44,163 nucleotides of DNA from a virus, in the UHGV virus genome UHGV-0207246, one strand, 5' to 3'. Shown here piece after piece: positions 35,530 through 43,844 of the stretch; within the stretch, counting starts at the first letter, position 1; each line of letters begins with the position of its first letter. Under the pieces are notes generated by a model, which was given only the letters and a program-made list of their open reading frames with translations, was not told where the DNA came from and did not search any database. Made by a program: the position numbers and the translations under genes.

Positions 35530-35679
35530 ATGAAAATCACAGATATCGAAGCATTCAAAGACGCGCAACTGATGGCACGCATTGCCGTTAGTAATCTGAG
35601 CAGTAGCATTCCAGCGGACGCGTTCTGGTTCGCTGCGATGCAGACCATGAAGGCCGCTTATGCAGGAGAGAAGAAATGA
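35530..35679 (+). CDS. hypothetical small protein (49 aa)
   Basis: RBS GGAGTAGAGAGAA; ATGA coupling. Confidence 0.35.
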   Translation: MKITDIEAFKDAQLMARIAVSNLSSSIPADAFWFAAMQTMKAAYAGEKK

Positions 35680-35873
35680 AAGTTAAAGCCGCTAAAATTC
35701 TCTGGTTAGCCGCCCTTGACTATGTGACAGAGGGTAAAGTGTACGATGTATACAACCCGACAGCTACTGGTTTCGGTTATATAGTCGCCGACGACGACTG
35801 CGATATTTTCATAGACTTTGGTAACGATGAAGGTGATGGTTTCCACGGCGTTAAATGGGAGGTTGTAGAATGA
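35676..35873 (+). CDS. hypothetical protein
   Basis: ORF track. Confidence 0.45.
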   Translation: MKVKAAKILWLAALDYVTEGKVYDVYNPTATGFGYIVADDDCDIFIDFGNDEGDGFHGVKWEVVE

Positions 35874-36028
35874 GCGAACAAGGTCAGGTAAGCCAACCAT
35901 TACGAGTAGGCCGTAAAGTCAGTCACACCCCGTTCCCGACACGCGAGGAACTGATGAAACGTAACAGTTTCCCGGGGCCGGACAAGAACAAGTATCTCAA
36001 TCGCATGTGGGGAGAGCGTAAAGAATGA
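35870..36028 (+). CDS. hypothetical small protein (52 aa)
   Basis: ATGA overlaps at both ends. Confidence 0.35.
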   Translation: MSEQGQVSQPLRVGRKVSHTPFPTREELMKRNSFPGPDKNKYLNRMWGERKE

Positions 36029-36261
36029 CCGACCGCGAATACGAAAAGATGATGGTTGAGGCTGTTAACAGCGGCGTAGACATAAGCCACGTGATGCACG
36101 TCCTGAATACTAAAATCGCGGTAGCCGAGCAAATGGTAGAGTCGCTTTATGAGACACGCCGTGAACTGATTAACCGCTTCAACCTAAATAAGGGGCGCAC
36201 TATTTCTGATGATTTCGATGGAGATTACCGAAATGGCGATTTTTATGAGGGGGCTGAATAA
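36025..36261 (+). CDS. hypothetical protein
   Basis: ORF track. Confidence 0.45.
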   Translation: MTDREYEKMMVEAVNSGVDISHVMHVLNTKIAVAEQMVESLYETRRELINRFNLNKGRTISDDFDGDYRNGDFYEGAE

Positions 36262-36399
36262 TGCCTAAAATAACAATCGCATCACTTGAGCGTCGTATTA
36301 TGGTGCTTGAGTCGGAGAAATAGACGTTAGGCGGGCAACTGTCAATTAATGGCGAGTTTCAACTGGAGGCGTTTAAATTGTTGCTTGAACGCATGAAGA

Positions 36400-36582
36400 A
36401 TGAAAGCGCCTGAGCCAGTAGTTATCGATGGCGTCCTGTGGAAGCCCTACTCGGTTAACCACATCGACGCCGACGGGAAGAAGTTTAGTTTCTACATTTT
36501 TGCAATTAGCCGTGAGCACGCCGCGTGTGTGGTTGACGATATACGAGAAACGGCGTGGCTTGGTGATGAGATAGTGTGGTAA
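36400..36582 (+). CDS. hypothetical protein
   Basis: ORF track. Confidence 0.4.
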   Translation: MKAPEPVVIDGVLWKPYSVNHIDADGKKFSFYIFAISREHAACVVDDIRETAWLGDEIVW

Positions 36583-36584
36583 GT

Positions 36585-36755
36585 ATGTTCAGTGATATCA
36601 ACGCAGCAATCGAAGAAGCAATCTGGCGTCGCTACAACGGCGAGCAACAACGGCACTTCTGCCTCGTGCAACGAGGTAACATGGTTGCCGTAGTACAGGA
36701 CCGCGATAACAAATACCCGAATGCGATGTGGACAACGAGGAATTTCTTAGGATGA
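36585..36755 (+). CDS. hypothetical small protein (56 aa)
   Basis: Hand-translated MFSDINAAIEEAIWRRYNGEQQRHFCLVQRGNMVAVVQDRDNKYPNAMWTTRNFLG; ATGA overlap with next gene. Confidence 0.3.
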   Translation: MFSDINAAIEEAIWRRYNGEQQRHFCLVQRGNMVAVVQDRDNKYPNAMWTTRNFLG

Positions 36756-36988
36756 TTACCAGCATTCCGAACCTGATTAAAGAATTCGGCACGATGGCGG
36801 AGACATGCCGACAAACCGGCATCAACGAAATGACGATTGCGAAGTACAGCAAAGACGTGAACTGCGAGCGCCACGTAATTTATAACAACCGTCTGATGAC
36901 GCACGTTAAGACAAGCCCGGTGTTATTCACGCGCCGGGGTATCACTAAAACAGAGCAACGTATCACTAAAGAGGGGAGAGGGGAATGA
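36752..36988 (+). CDS. hypothetical protein
   Basis: ATG with RBS GAGGAA (track begins at upstream GTG 36728). Confidence 0.4.
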   Translation: MITSIPNLIKEFGTMAETCRQTGINEMTIAKYSKDVNCERHVIYNNRLMTHVKTSPVLFTRRGITKTEQRITKEGRGE

Positions 36989-37134
36989 TTGAGTTTGATG
37001 ATGTTTTATTTGAGGAATACCACGGAATGGTGTTTTTGACCGTGATGTACGGTGTTTACTCAAAGTCCTTTAACGGGTTTTCGGAAGCAGATTGCATAAA
37101 TCAATTACTGCAATGGGTGGCAAGCCGAAAATAA
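36985..37134 (+). CDS. hypothetical small protein (49 aa)
   Basis: RBS GGGGAGAGGGGA; ATGA coupling. Confidence 0.35.
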   Translation: MIEFDDVLFEEYHGMVFLTVMYGVYSKSFNGFSEADCINQLLQWVASRK

Positions 37135-37144
37135 CCACACCACA

Positions 37145-37168
37145 AGCCCTCTACGGAGGGCTTTTCTG
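37145..37168 (+). terminator. rho-independent terminator
   Basis: AGCCCTC-TACG-GAGGGCT then TTTTCTGT. Confidence 0.6.
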
Positions 37169-37202
37169 TACATCCCGCCTAATACCCCTATATAATCCCT
37201 TT

Positions 37203-37245
37203 AGACGCGTAGGGCGCGTCTGGTGCGCTCTGATGGTCAGACGCA
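37203..37245. repeat. interlocking inverted repeats built on GACGC/GCGTC just upstream of terS (candidate pac/terminase recognition or regulatory site)
   Basis: AGACGCG-TAGGG-CGCGTCT and CGTCTG...CAGACG within 43 bp, preceded by TATAAT at 37191-37196. Confidence 0.3.
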
Positions 37246-37261
37246 TATGCAAGGGGATTCT

Positions 37262-37774
37262 ATGAAGCTGAAACTTAAGCAGCCATCACCAGAGGTGGTG
37301 CAAGCTGCACATGAAGAAGCTGTTAGCGCAAACCGTCGCCGTAAACGACCGCGCGGTAAACAGAGCCTTTATCAATCATCCCGTAATTCCGCCGCGTTGT
37401 GGGACCCGGACTATTGCGACGAATTGATTCGTTTCTTCGACCGCACGTCGTGGGAACTTGTACCTACGTCTAAGGGTGACGAACGCCCCCTTATTCAGGA
37501 TAAGCCGCCGTCATTGGCCCGCTTTGCCTTACACATCGGCGTCACTATCCCGATTATTAAGCTGTGGTTGCGCGAGATTCCAGCATTTGCGGAAGCCTAT
37601 GAAACAGCACAGGCGCTGGAAGAGGCGTATTTCACTGAGACAGGGGCTGCGGGTATCTCCGCTACGTTTGCTGCCGCGAAACTGGGGCTGAATAAGAAAG
37701 AAGAATCGACTGGCGAGGGTTCTGAACCTATCGAGATTCGTTTTGTTAAGGCTGTTAAACCGGGGGTGGAGTAA
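37262..37774 (+). CDS. terS: terminase small subunit
   Basis: About 170 aa gene immediately upstream of and overlapping the large terminase; RBS AAGGGGA. Confidence 0.55.
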   Translation: MKLKLKQPSPEVVQAAHEEAVSANRRRKRPRGKQSLYQSSRNSAALWDPDYCDELIRFFDRTSWELVPTSKGDERPLIQDKPPSLARFALHIGVTIPIIKLWLREIPAFAEAYETAQALEEAYFTETGAAGISATFAAAKLGLNKKEESTGEGSEPIEIRFVKAVKPGVE

Positions 37775-39009
37775 TGGATATCCCATTAACCGAACCCCAA
37801 CAAGACTTTGTATTCAGCACAAAAACACATCCGGCTATTGTCGCAGGACTGGGGGCGGGTAAGTCCCGCGCGGCAACGATGCGCCTTTTGTATCTTATGT
37901 TGCGCGAGCGCGGGATAAACACCCTGTACACCATGCCTACGTATGACCTGTTGAAGCTGCGCGCCATCCCTGGTGTGGTTGATGACCTGAATATGATGGG
38001 GCTTAAGTATGACCTCAACAAATCGGAATACAGTATCCACGTTAAGGGGTACGGTACTATGTTTTTCAGGTCATACGACAACCCGAACCGTCTAATCGCT
38101 TTTGAAGTAGCCCATTCTGTCGCCGATGAACTTGACGTTCTTACTAAAGAACAGGCGTCTCTGGTGTGGCGTAAAATTTCAGAGCGTACCCGACAGCCTT
38201 GCAGAGGGGGTAACAGTATTGCCGCTGTGACTACCCCTGACCAGGGATTCTCTGGATTTGTGTATGACTATTGGGTCACTAACGCTGACAGTTCTACGGA
38301 ACTGATTAAGGCGTCTACATTGTCGAACCCATATTTACCTGACGGCTACGTCGAACAGATACGCAGGAACTACGATGCGGCTTTAGCCGATATGTATATC
38401 AACGGTGAATTTGTCAGTTTGACTGCTAATAAGGTGTATCACTATTTCAAACGAAGCACCCATGACTCCACTCGCACCTTGCGGAACGGAGATGCGCTCC
38501 ACATAGGGCTGGACTTTAATATTGGTGGATGTTGCGCCACCGTGAGCGTTATCGAAGACGGCAACCCGACGGTTGTTGATGAGTTTGTCAGCCATAATAC
38601 CGACGACTTCGTCAATAATGTCAGGATACGGTATCCAGGCCATACGGTTACGGTTTACCCTGACGCGTCTGGTCGCTCAGGCCACACTAACGCATCATTA
38701 TCCGACATAGGTATCATCGAAAAGGCCGGCTTACGCGTTAACGCTCCAAGTAAGAACCCATTCGTTAAAGACAGAATAAACGCGGTTAACGCTCTTTTGT
38801 CGCATAGCCGTTTGAGGGTTAACACTTCAAAATGCCCTAAACTAACGCAGTCACTGGAGACGCAGGGGTATAACGATAATGGTGAACCAGAGAAGTTTAA
38901 AACCCACCCGGCGATTGACGACTGGAACGACAGTTTAGGCTATTGTATGCATAGGTTGTTCCCTGTTGTTCGCCCTGTTATCAATACACCAGTTCGTTTC
39001 GCACTTTAA
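37774..39009 (+). CDS. terL: terminase large subunit
   Basis: Walker A-like GLGAGKS near N-terminus; position between terS and portal. Confidence 0.7.
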   Translation: MDIPLTEPQQDFVFSTKTHPAIVAGLGAGKSRAATMRLLYLMLRERGINTLYTMPTYDLLKLRAIPGVVDDLNMMGLKYDLNKSEYSIHVKGYGTMFFRSYDNPNRLIAFEVAHSVADELDVLTKEQASLVWRKISERTRQPCRGGNSIAAVTTPDQGFSGFVYDYWVTNADSSTELIKASTLSNPYLPDGYVEQIRRNYDAALADMYINGEFVSLTANKVYHYFKRSTHDSTRTLRNGDALHIGLDFNIGGCCATVSVIEDGNPTVVDEFVSHNTDDFVNNVRIRYPGHTVTVYPDASGRSGHTNASLSDIGIIEKAGLRVNAPSKNPFVKDRINAVNALLSHSRLRVNTSKCPKLTQSLETQGYNDNGEPEKFKTHPAIDDWNDSLGYCMHRLFPVVRPVINTPVRFAL

Positions 39010-39021
39010 GAGGATTATTCA

Positions 39022-40491
39022 ATGTTAACTATGAACGGTCAGAATCAGGGTGTTAAGACTAAACACCGGGAATGGCTGCATCACTTCGATAAATGGCAGA
39101 AGGTACGCCATGCGCTGGAGGGCGACCTTATTCGCTATCTGCGTAACGTTGGGAAGAACGAACCTGACCCGACCTATGCGGCCCAACGGCAGGAAGAGTA
39201 CGAGAACGGCGCTATCTGCTACAACTTCACCAAACGTACCCTGGCCGGGATGGTTGGTAGCGTCATGCGCAAAGACCCAGAGCAGATTATACCTCCTGAA
39301 ATGGAGTACCTGCTGCGTAATGCCGACGGTTCCGGTGTCGGGCTGTGGCAGCACGCTCAGGATTCTTTGATGGAGATTGACTCGGTGGGCCGTGGGGGGC
39401 TGCTGGTGGACGCGCCGGAGACAGCAGCAGCAACGGCGGCAGAACAGAACGCGGGGCTATTAAACCCGGTCATTGCATTCTACACTGCAGAGAACATCAT
39501 CAACTGGCGGCTGACCCGCGTCGGCTCAGTGAACCGTGTGACGATGGTCGTATTGCGCGAGGTGTGGGAATACTCAGAACCAGGCGCAGAGTTTGAAACA
39601 AAGTTCGGGGAGCAATACCGTGTTCTCGATTTGATTGAAGGCCGTTACCGTCAGCGCATTTACCGCTTCGATGCTGAAGGCGGTGCTCAGGATGAAGTAA
39701 TCGAAATCTTCCCGGAACTTGGCGAACAGTTACGCGGTAAAATACCGTTCACTTTTATTGGGGCAAGCAACAATGACGCAACCATTGACGACGCACCTTT
39801 GCTGCCGTTGGCTGAGCTTAATATCGGGCATTTCCGCAACAGTGCGGACAATGAGGAATCCAGTTTCGTCGTAGGTCAGCCTACTCTGTTCATCGCCCCG
39901 GGCGAGAACATGAGCATGGAACAGTGGAAAGAAGCCAACCCTCACGGCGTACGCATGGGGTCGCGCTCGGGTCATAACATCGGTTACGGCGGCAATGCGT
40001 TTCTGGTTCAGGCGGAGGAGAACAACCTCGCTAAACAGAATATGCTGGATAAAGAGAACCAGGCCATTCAGATTGGTGCGCAGCTTATCACCCCGACGCA
40101 GCAAATCACCGCTGAATCTGCCCGTCTGCAACGCGGGGCGGATACGTCCGTTATGGCAACAATCGCACGTAACGTAAGTATGGCGTATACCGATGCGTTG
40201 CGCTGGGTAGCGGCGATGCTGGGACTGCGGGAAGACACAGAGATTGAGTTCAAGCTGAATATGGAGTTCTTCTTGCAACCTATGACTGCTCAGGACCGCG
40301 CACAGTGGATGGCGGATATTAACGCCGGCCTGTTACCCGCTACTGCTTACTACGCGGCATTGCGTAAGGCTGGTGTAACTGACTGGACTGACGAGGACAT
40401 TCAGAACGCTATCGAGGATGCACCACTGCCGTTAGGCGCTGTCACTCAGGCGGCGGGGGAGATTCCGCAGTCGGCGCAGCAACAGGAGTAA
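39022..40491 (+). CDS. portal protein
   Basis: 489 aa ORF directly after terL and before head morphogenesis gene. Confidence 0.65.
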   Translation: MLTMNGQNQGVKTKHREWLHHFDKWQKVRHALEGDLIRYLRNVGKNEPDPTYAAQRQEEYENGAICYNFTKRTLAGMVGSVMRKDPEQIIPPEMEYLLRNADGSGVGLWQHAQDSLMEIDSVGRGGLLVDAPETAAATAAEQNAGLLNPVIAFYTAENIINWRLTRVGSVNRVTMVVLREVWEYSEPGAEFETKFGEQYRVLDLIEGRYRQRIYRFDAEGGAQDEVIEIFPELGEQLRGKIPFTFIGASNNDATIDDAPLLPLAELNIGHFRNSADNEESSFVVGQPTLFIAPGENMSMEQWKEANPHGVRMGSRSGHNIGYGGNAFLVQAEENNLAKQNMLDKENQAIQIGAQLITPTQQITAESARLQRGADTSVMATIARNVSMAYTDALRWVAAMLGLREDTEIEFKLNMEFFLQPMTAQDRAQWMADINAGLLPATAYYAALRKAGVTDWTDEDIQNAIEDAPLPLGAVTQAAGEIPQSAQQQE

Positions 40492-40493
40492 AG

Positions 40494-40518
40494 AAAAAGG
40501 CCCCTTTCGGGGCCTTAG
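40494..40518. terminator. bidirectional rho-independent terminator
   Basis: AAAAAGGCCCC-TTTC-GGGGCCTT then AGTTTTATT. Confidence 0.7.
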
Positions 40519-40520
40519 TT

Positions 40521-40733
40521 TTATTCATGTGTCGCTGCTCTGAAATTAAGTTCTTCACGAGGGATAAAACCTCTATCAGTTTTCACATAACAAGTTGTGT
40601 AACTATACATTACCTCTCTGCCTGTGACATCTCCGTAGTTCTCACACCCGTGTTTATCTAAGCTACGTACACCAGCAGCAATTACCAGTGAAACTGCCAG
40701 TGTCGTCAATACCGCGATAATTAATTCTTTCAT
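40521..40733 (-). CDS. small exported/membrane-anchored Cys-containing protein (70 aa)
   Basis: N-terminal hydrophobic MKELIIAVLTTLAVSLVIAAG; driven by class I early-type promoter. Confidence 0.45.
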   Translation of the reverse strand: MKELIIAVLTTLAVSLVIAAGVRSLDKHGCENYGDVTGREVMYSYTTCYVKTDRGFIPREELNFRAATHE

Positions 40734-40766
40734 CTTTAAATCCCTTATCTCTCGTTTCGATAGCTG

Positions 40767-40795
40767 AATAGTACCCTATTATATTGGTGTCTGCA
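40767..40795 (-). promoter_or_regulatory. class I early-type promoter (TTGCAG-17-TACTAT)
   Basis: Reverse complement TTGCAGACACCAATATAATAGGGTACTAT; same region may carry a rightward TCGATA-17-TATATT promoter. Confidence 0.55.
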
Positions 40796-40840
40796 AATAT
40801 TATTTTTATGCGTTACACTGGCGATACTACAGGAGGGCAT

Positions 40841-42778
40841 ATGAGCTTACTTACATCCCTAATCAGCCACCAGATATGGCTGCAACGCACCGCATCCGGC
40901 GAAGTGAAAGACCTCACACCGTTCATTCAGGAGATGCGGGATGAAATCAAACGGCAGGTGCTGTTATTCGGTGACGACGGGCGAAGCACTGCGCGACTGA
41001 ATAAATTGTTACGCGACCTAGAAGAAGCACTGACAGGACTTACGGGTGACTGGCAAACAAAGCTGACAGAAGACCTTAAGGACCTGGCGGCGTATGAGGC
41101 TGAGTGGAATGTAAAGACACTCACGGCCAACGTCAACGCTGAATTTGTTACGCCTACTGCCGAACAGGTGTGGGCCGCTGCCGAGTTTCAGCCTCTGTCG
41201 TTAAGCGACAAGCCAGTAGATTTCACTAAGCTGATGGGTGGCTGGGGTGAAACAGAAGTATCGCGCCTGGTAACTGGCGTTAAGATGGGCTTTGTTCAGG
41301 GTCAAACCACACGGCAGATTGTTAAGAATGTTGTAGGCGCTGGCGGACTGGCCGACATCTCTGAGCGTAACGCCGCTACCGTAATACGTACGGCGCTGGC
41401 TCACGTATCCAACGAAGCCCGTAACGAGACGTACCGCCAGAACGACGACATCATCGAGAAATACGAGTGGGTGTCAACGCTGGACAGCCGTACCAGTACA
41501 ACGTGTTTCACGGCTGAAACAGAATTAGCGCCCATCGCGGGGATGGACGCGGTAATGCGCGGACTCTATTCAGGAAAAATCTTTACCATCGAACTTTCCA
41601 ACGGCGAGAAGTTCAGTGGCACCCCGAAACACCCTGTACTCACGCAATACGGATGGACTCCGCTTGATGAACTCGATCCAACTAAGCATGTCTTGTATAC
41701 CACTGTTGACAAAGTGACTGTGCTCGAAACAGTGAAGAACATAAACATGCCAGCCAGAGCGGATTATATTTTTAATACGCTCGCTGATTTCCCCATCAGG
41801 AAAATGGTAAGCACGAGTCCCGCGGCAACAGATTTCTATGGCGATGGAGTGGGACTCAATGGCAAAATCGACATTGTACGGGCCGATTGCAAACTGCGGA
41901 ACTACGTCCACGCCAGCGGAATTAAACAATTCAAAAGCGAGGGTTTCAGTCTTATTCATAGCGCCGCTTTGCTGTCGGACGATAGCTCTGGCGATTTTCT
42001 CCTCCGGGGTGAATGTCCTGTGAGTGTGCCCGCGCTTAGCGAGGCCAAGTGTTTTGACCATAGAATAGAAAACTGTTTTGCTTACTTGGGTCCTTCTTAT
42101 GCACTCAATAGGCGGGACGCCGGACTCGAACAATTCTATAGCCCTTTTTTGATTCAAAATGGTGTCGTTAGAAACCCAACCACGGGGTCGATCATGCATG
42201 AGTCCGAGCTTCTTGAGAAATGTTGTTACCGTGGTGGTAGTGACGCCGTAATTCTTGGCTATGATGCTGGCGGGAGTGCCATCTCGGTACAAAGAACAAA
42301 TATCATCCGCATAAGCGTCGAGTTTAGAACGTGCCATGTTTATACCCTCTCTAGTAGTCAAGGATATTATACAGCAGGTAGTGCGATAGTCAAGAATTGC
42401 AGGGCCAGAGACGGAATGACGTGGGAAATTGGAAAAGGGCCGATGCCGCCAGCGCATCCGAATTGCAGAAGTACCACGGCCCCGGTGATTAGCTCGGAGT
42501 TCGACTTCCTTGATAAAGGCGCAAAACGCGCGGCACGCGGGGCGGACGGCGGTACTCAGGTAAGCGCGGACACAACCTACTACGAGTTCCTTAAACAACA
42601 GCCCGCATGGTTTCAGGACCAGGCGCTCGGCCCTGTTCGCGGTAAGATTTTCCGTAACAGCGGTATATCACCAGAGGAGTTTCGCGTAATATCTGTAGAT
42701 GGTTTTGGGCGTCCGCTCACGCTTAAGCAGATGGCGGAACTCGATAAACGTGTTGCTGATTATCTGAAAGGGGAATAA
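40841..42778 (+). CDS. head morphogenesis protein (Mu F / SPP1 gp7-like) containing a 298-codon intein
   Basis: RBS AGGAGGG; extein motif LDSRTSTT | C RARDGMTWEIGKGPMPPAHPNCRS is contiguous only after removing residues 241-538 of the track ORF. Confidence 0.6.
   Translation: MSLLTSLISHQIWLQRTASGEVKDLTPFIQEMRDEIKRQVLLFGDDGRSTARLNKLLRDLEEALTGLTGDWQTKLTEDLKDLAAYEAEWNVKTLTANVNAEFVTPTAEQVWAAAEFQPLSLSDKPVDFTKLMGGWGETEVSRLVTGVKMGFVQGQTTRQIVKNVVGAGGLADISERNAATVIRTALAHVSNEARNETYRQNDDIIEKYEWVSTLDSRTSTTCFTAETELAPIAGMDAVMRGLYSGKIFTIELSNGEKFSGTPKHPVLTQYGWTPLDELDPTKHVLYTTVDKVTVLETVKNINMPARADYIFNTLADFPIRKMVSTSPAATDFYGDGVGLNGKIDIVRADCKLRNYVHASGIKQFKSEGFSLIHSAALLSDDSSGDFLLRGECPVSVPALSEAKCFDHRIENCFAYLGPSYALNRRDAGLEQFYSPFLIQNGVVRNPTTGSIMHESELLEKCCYRGGSDAVILGYDAGGSAISVQRTNIIRISVEFRTCHVYTLSSSQGYYTAGSAIVKNCRARDGMTWEIGKGPMPPAHPNCRSTTAPVISSEFDFLDKGAKRAARGADGGTQVSADTTYYEFLKQQPAWFQDQALGPVRGKIFRNSGISPEEFRVISVDGFGRPLTLKQMAELDKRVADYLKGE
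41570..42337 (-). CDS. antisense gene inside the intein: tandem HTH DNA-binding repeats plus DUF559 (Vsr-like PD-(D/E)XK) endonuclease, candidate homing endonuclease
   Basis: IGPYNVDFA...IAIEI...GWHVYVL pattern matches DUF559 (GGYRLDFA...LAVEVDG...GWRVLRF); HTH segments ASIIAKNYGVTTTTVTTFLKKLGL and IECIRRTQVSKTVFYSMVKTLGL; RBS GAGGG 7 nt before ATG. Confidence 0.55.
   Translation of the reverse strand: MARSKLDAYADDICSLYRDGTPASIIAKNYGVTTTTVTTFLKKLGLMHDRPRGWVSNDTILNQKRAIELFESGVPPIECIRRTQVSKTVFYSMVKTLGLAKRGHTHRTFTPEEKIARAIVRQQSGAMNKTETLAFELFNSAGVDVVPQFAIGPYNVDFAIESHSIAIEICCRGTRAYHFPDGEISERIKNIIRSGWHVYVLHCFEHSHFVNSGIQDMLSWIEFIKRSPSVLREYRVFRGATELLAVGKFDGKDFS
42366..42393 (-). promoter_or_regulatory. 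promoter for the antisense endonuclease gene (TTGACT-16-TATAAT), encoded within intein blocks F/G
   Basis: Minus strand TTGACTATCGCACTACCTGCTGTATAAT about 30 nt upstream of the antisense ATG. Confidence 0.5.
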
Positions 42779-43239
42779 TGATGGGCTTTTTCAAAGTAAC
42801 TGACGTACCGTCGCGTCGCGTAGTCCAGTACGCCCGTGTGTCTGGCTCCGGTGAGAACGTGGTATTTATTGAAGATGAAAGTGTACTCGGTACACCTGTA
42901 GACGATATGCCGTTTGCAGATAAAACTGGTATTGCGCTACCGACCGCAGGTATGCTTTACGAGATTCCGTATCTGGCAGACGCTGGAGACGTGTATTTCT
43001 CTGCGCAACCGCAGGATACCGAACTGACAGACGGCAGCGCGACTCTCACTGTCGAAGTTAAGGCTGGTAAAGCGCCATATGTGCTGACCTGGTACAAAGA
43101 CGGTAAGGAAGTGGTAAACGCACCTGAAGAGGCTTTGTCTCTGACGGTTAATGCAGTCGGTGAATACTTCGTCAAGGTTACCGATGCCGATGGCGTAGAG
43201 GCCTTCAGTAAAGCGGCGAAGGTCACTAAGCCAGAATGA
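42778..43239 (+). CDS. Ig-like domain protein (paralogous domain to 2533..2874)
   Basis: ATLTVEVKAGKAPYVLTWYKDGKEV...VGEYFVKVTDADG parallels LTVAVTGGLEPYSYQWYKNNNAI...SGTYKVVVHDVYG. Confidence 0.5.
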   Translation: MMGFFKVTDVPSRRVVQYARVSGSGENVVFIEDESVLGTPVDDMPFADKTGIALPTAGMLYEIPYLADAGDVYFSAQPQDTELTDGSATLTVEVKAGKAPYVLTWYKDGKEVVNAPEEALSLTVNAVGEYFVKVTDADGVEAFSKAAKVTKPE

Positions 43240-43240
43240 T

Positions 43241-43272
43241 AAAAGGCCCCGTATGGGGCCCTAGTTTTATTT
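43241..43272. terminator. bidirectional rho-independent terminator
   Basis: AAAAGGCCCC-GTAT-GGGGCC then AGTTTTATTT. Confidence 0.65.
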
Positions 43273-43788
43273 AAATCGCGCAGGCATTAACACCATAAAG
43301 GCCGTGTTTGAAAATAGTATTTTACATCCTCTGGTTTGGTCCTGGAAATCGAAACGAGCAATTTCATTTTTGTATGCCTTAGAAATCTTGTACGCGTCTG
43401 CCAAATAACGCAGGGTGAACCCTATACTATCGACAACACCCGGTGTGATGTGCGCCACGCGTCTCCAGTCAGGAAAGTTTCCTTCTACAACATCTACCGG
43501 AAGTGTACATATAAGCGCACGATTATCGTCATAGAAAGATACACTGCCGTTGTCGTGGTTTACCTCCGCGTAGTTAAATTTAGAAGGCTCTCTCCCTTTG
43601 ATGTCTATGAGAGTCCCTTTCTCAACGTTGGTCTTCACATTGTCGCAGAACAATCTATGACCGTCCGTAGACACTATCAATCCTTCAGGGTCTATGTAAA
43701 AAGCGTTCAAATAGTAGCGAACATCATTTTTAGCCCTGCATATTTTCGCCCCTACATACGCAGGGAAAGTAATTACTGTAGTAACCAT
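43267..43788 (-). CDS. hypothetical protein (173 aa) expressed from class I early-type promoter
   Basis: ORF track; RBS AGGAGATGAAAA. Confidence 0.5.
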   Translation of the reverse strand: MVTTVITFPAYVGAKICRAKNDVRYYLNAFYIDPEGLIVSTDGHRLFCDNVKTNVEKGTLIDIKGREPSKFNYAEVNHDNGSVSFYDDNRALICTLPVDVVEGNFPDWRRVAHITPGVVDSIGFTLRYLADAYKISKAYKNEIARFDFQDQTRGCKILFSNTAFMVLMPARFK

Positions 43789-43815
43789 TTTTCATCTCCT
43801 GTTTAAATTAACTGA

Positions 43816-43844
43816 ATAGTACCCTGTTATGTTGGTGTGCGCAA
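43816..43844 (-). promoter_or_regulatory. class I early-type promoter (TTGCGC-17-TACTAT)
   Basis: Reverse complement TTGCGCACACCAACATAACAGGGTACTAT. Confidence 0.55.

Larger units (their letters stand above)
41504..42397 (+). mobile_element. intein (Hint splicing blocks present; unusual penultimate Lys)
   Basis: N-terminal CFTAETEL (block A), GTPKHPVLT (block B TxxH), GWTPLDEL; C-terminal VYTLSSSQGYYTAGSAIVKN followed by +1 Cys. Confidence 0.6.

Noticed and set aside
41800-42290. LAGLIDADG-like motifs in the plus-strand reading of the intein interior (TDFYGDGVGLNG, ILGYDAGGSAI)
   Set aside because: Matches are weak and the second lacks the conserved acidic residue; the opposite strand has the stronger protein-family signal (DUF559 plus HTH, RBS, promoter). 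Not called as a sense-strand endonuclease domain, though a degenerate relic cannot be excluded without a profile search
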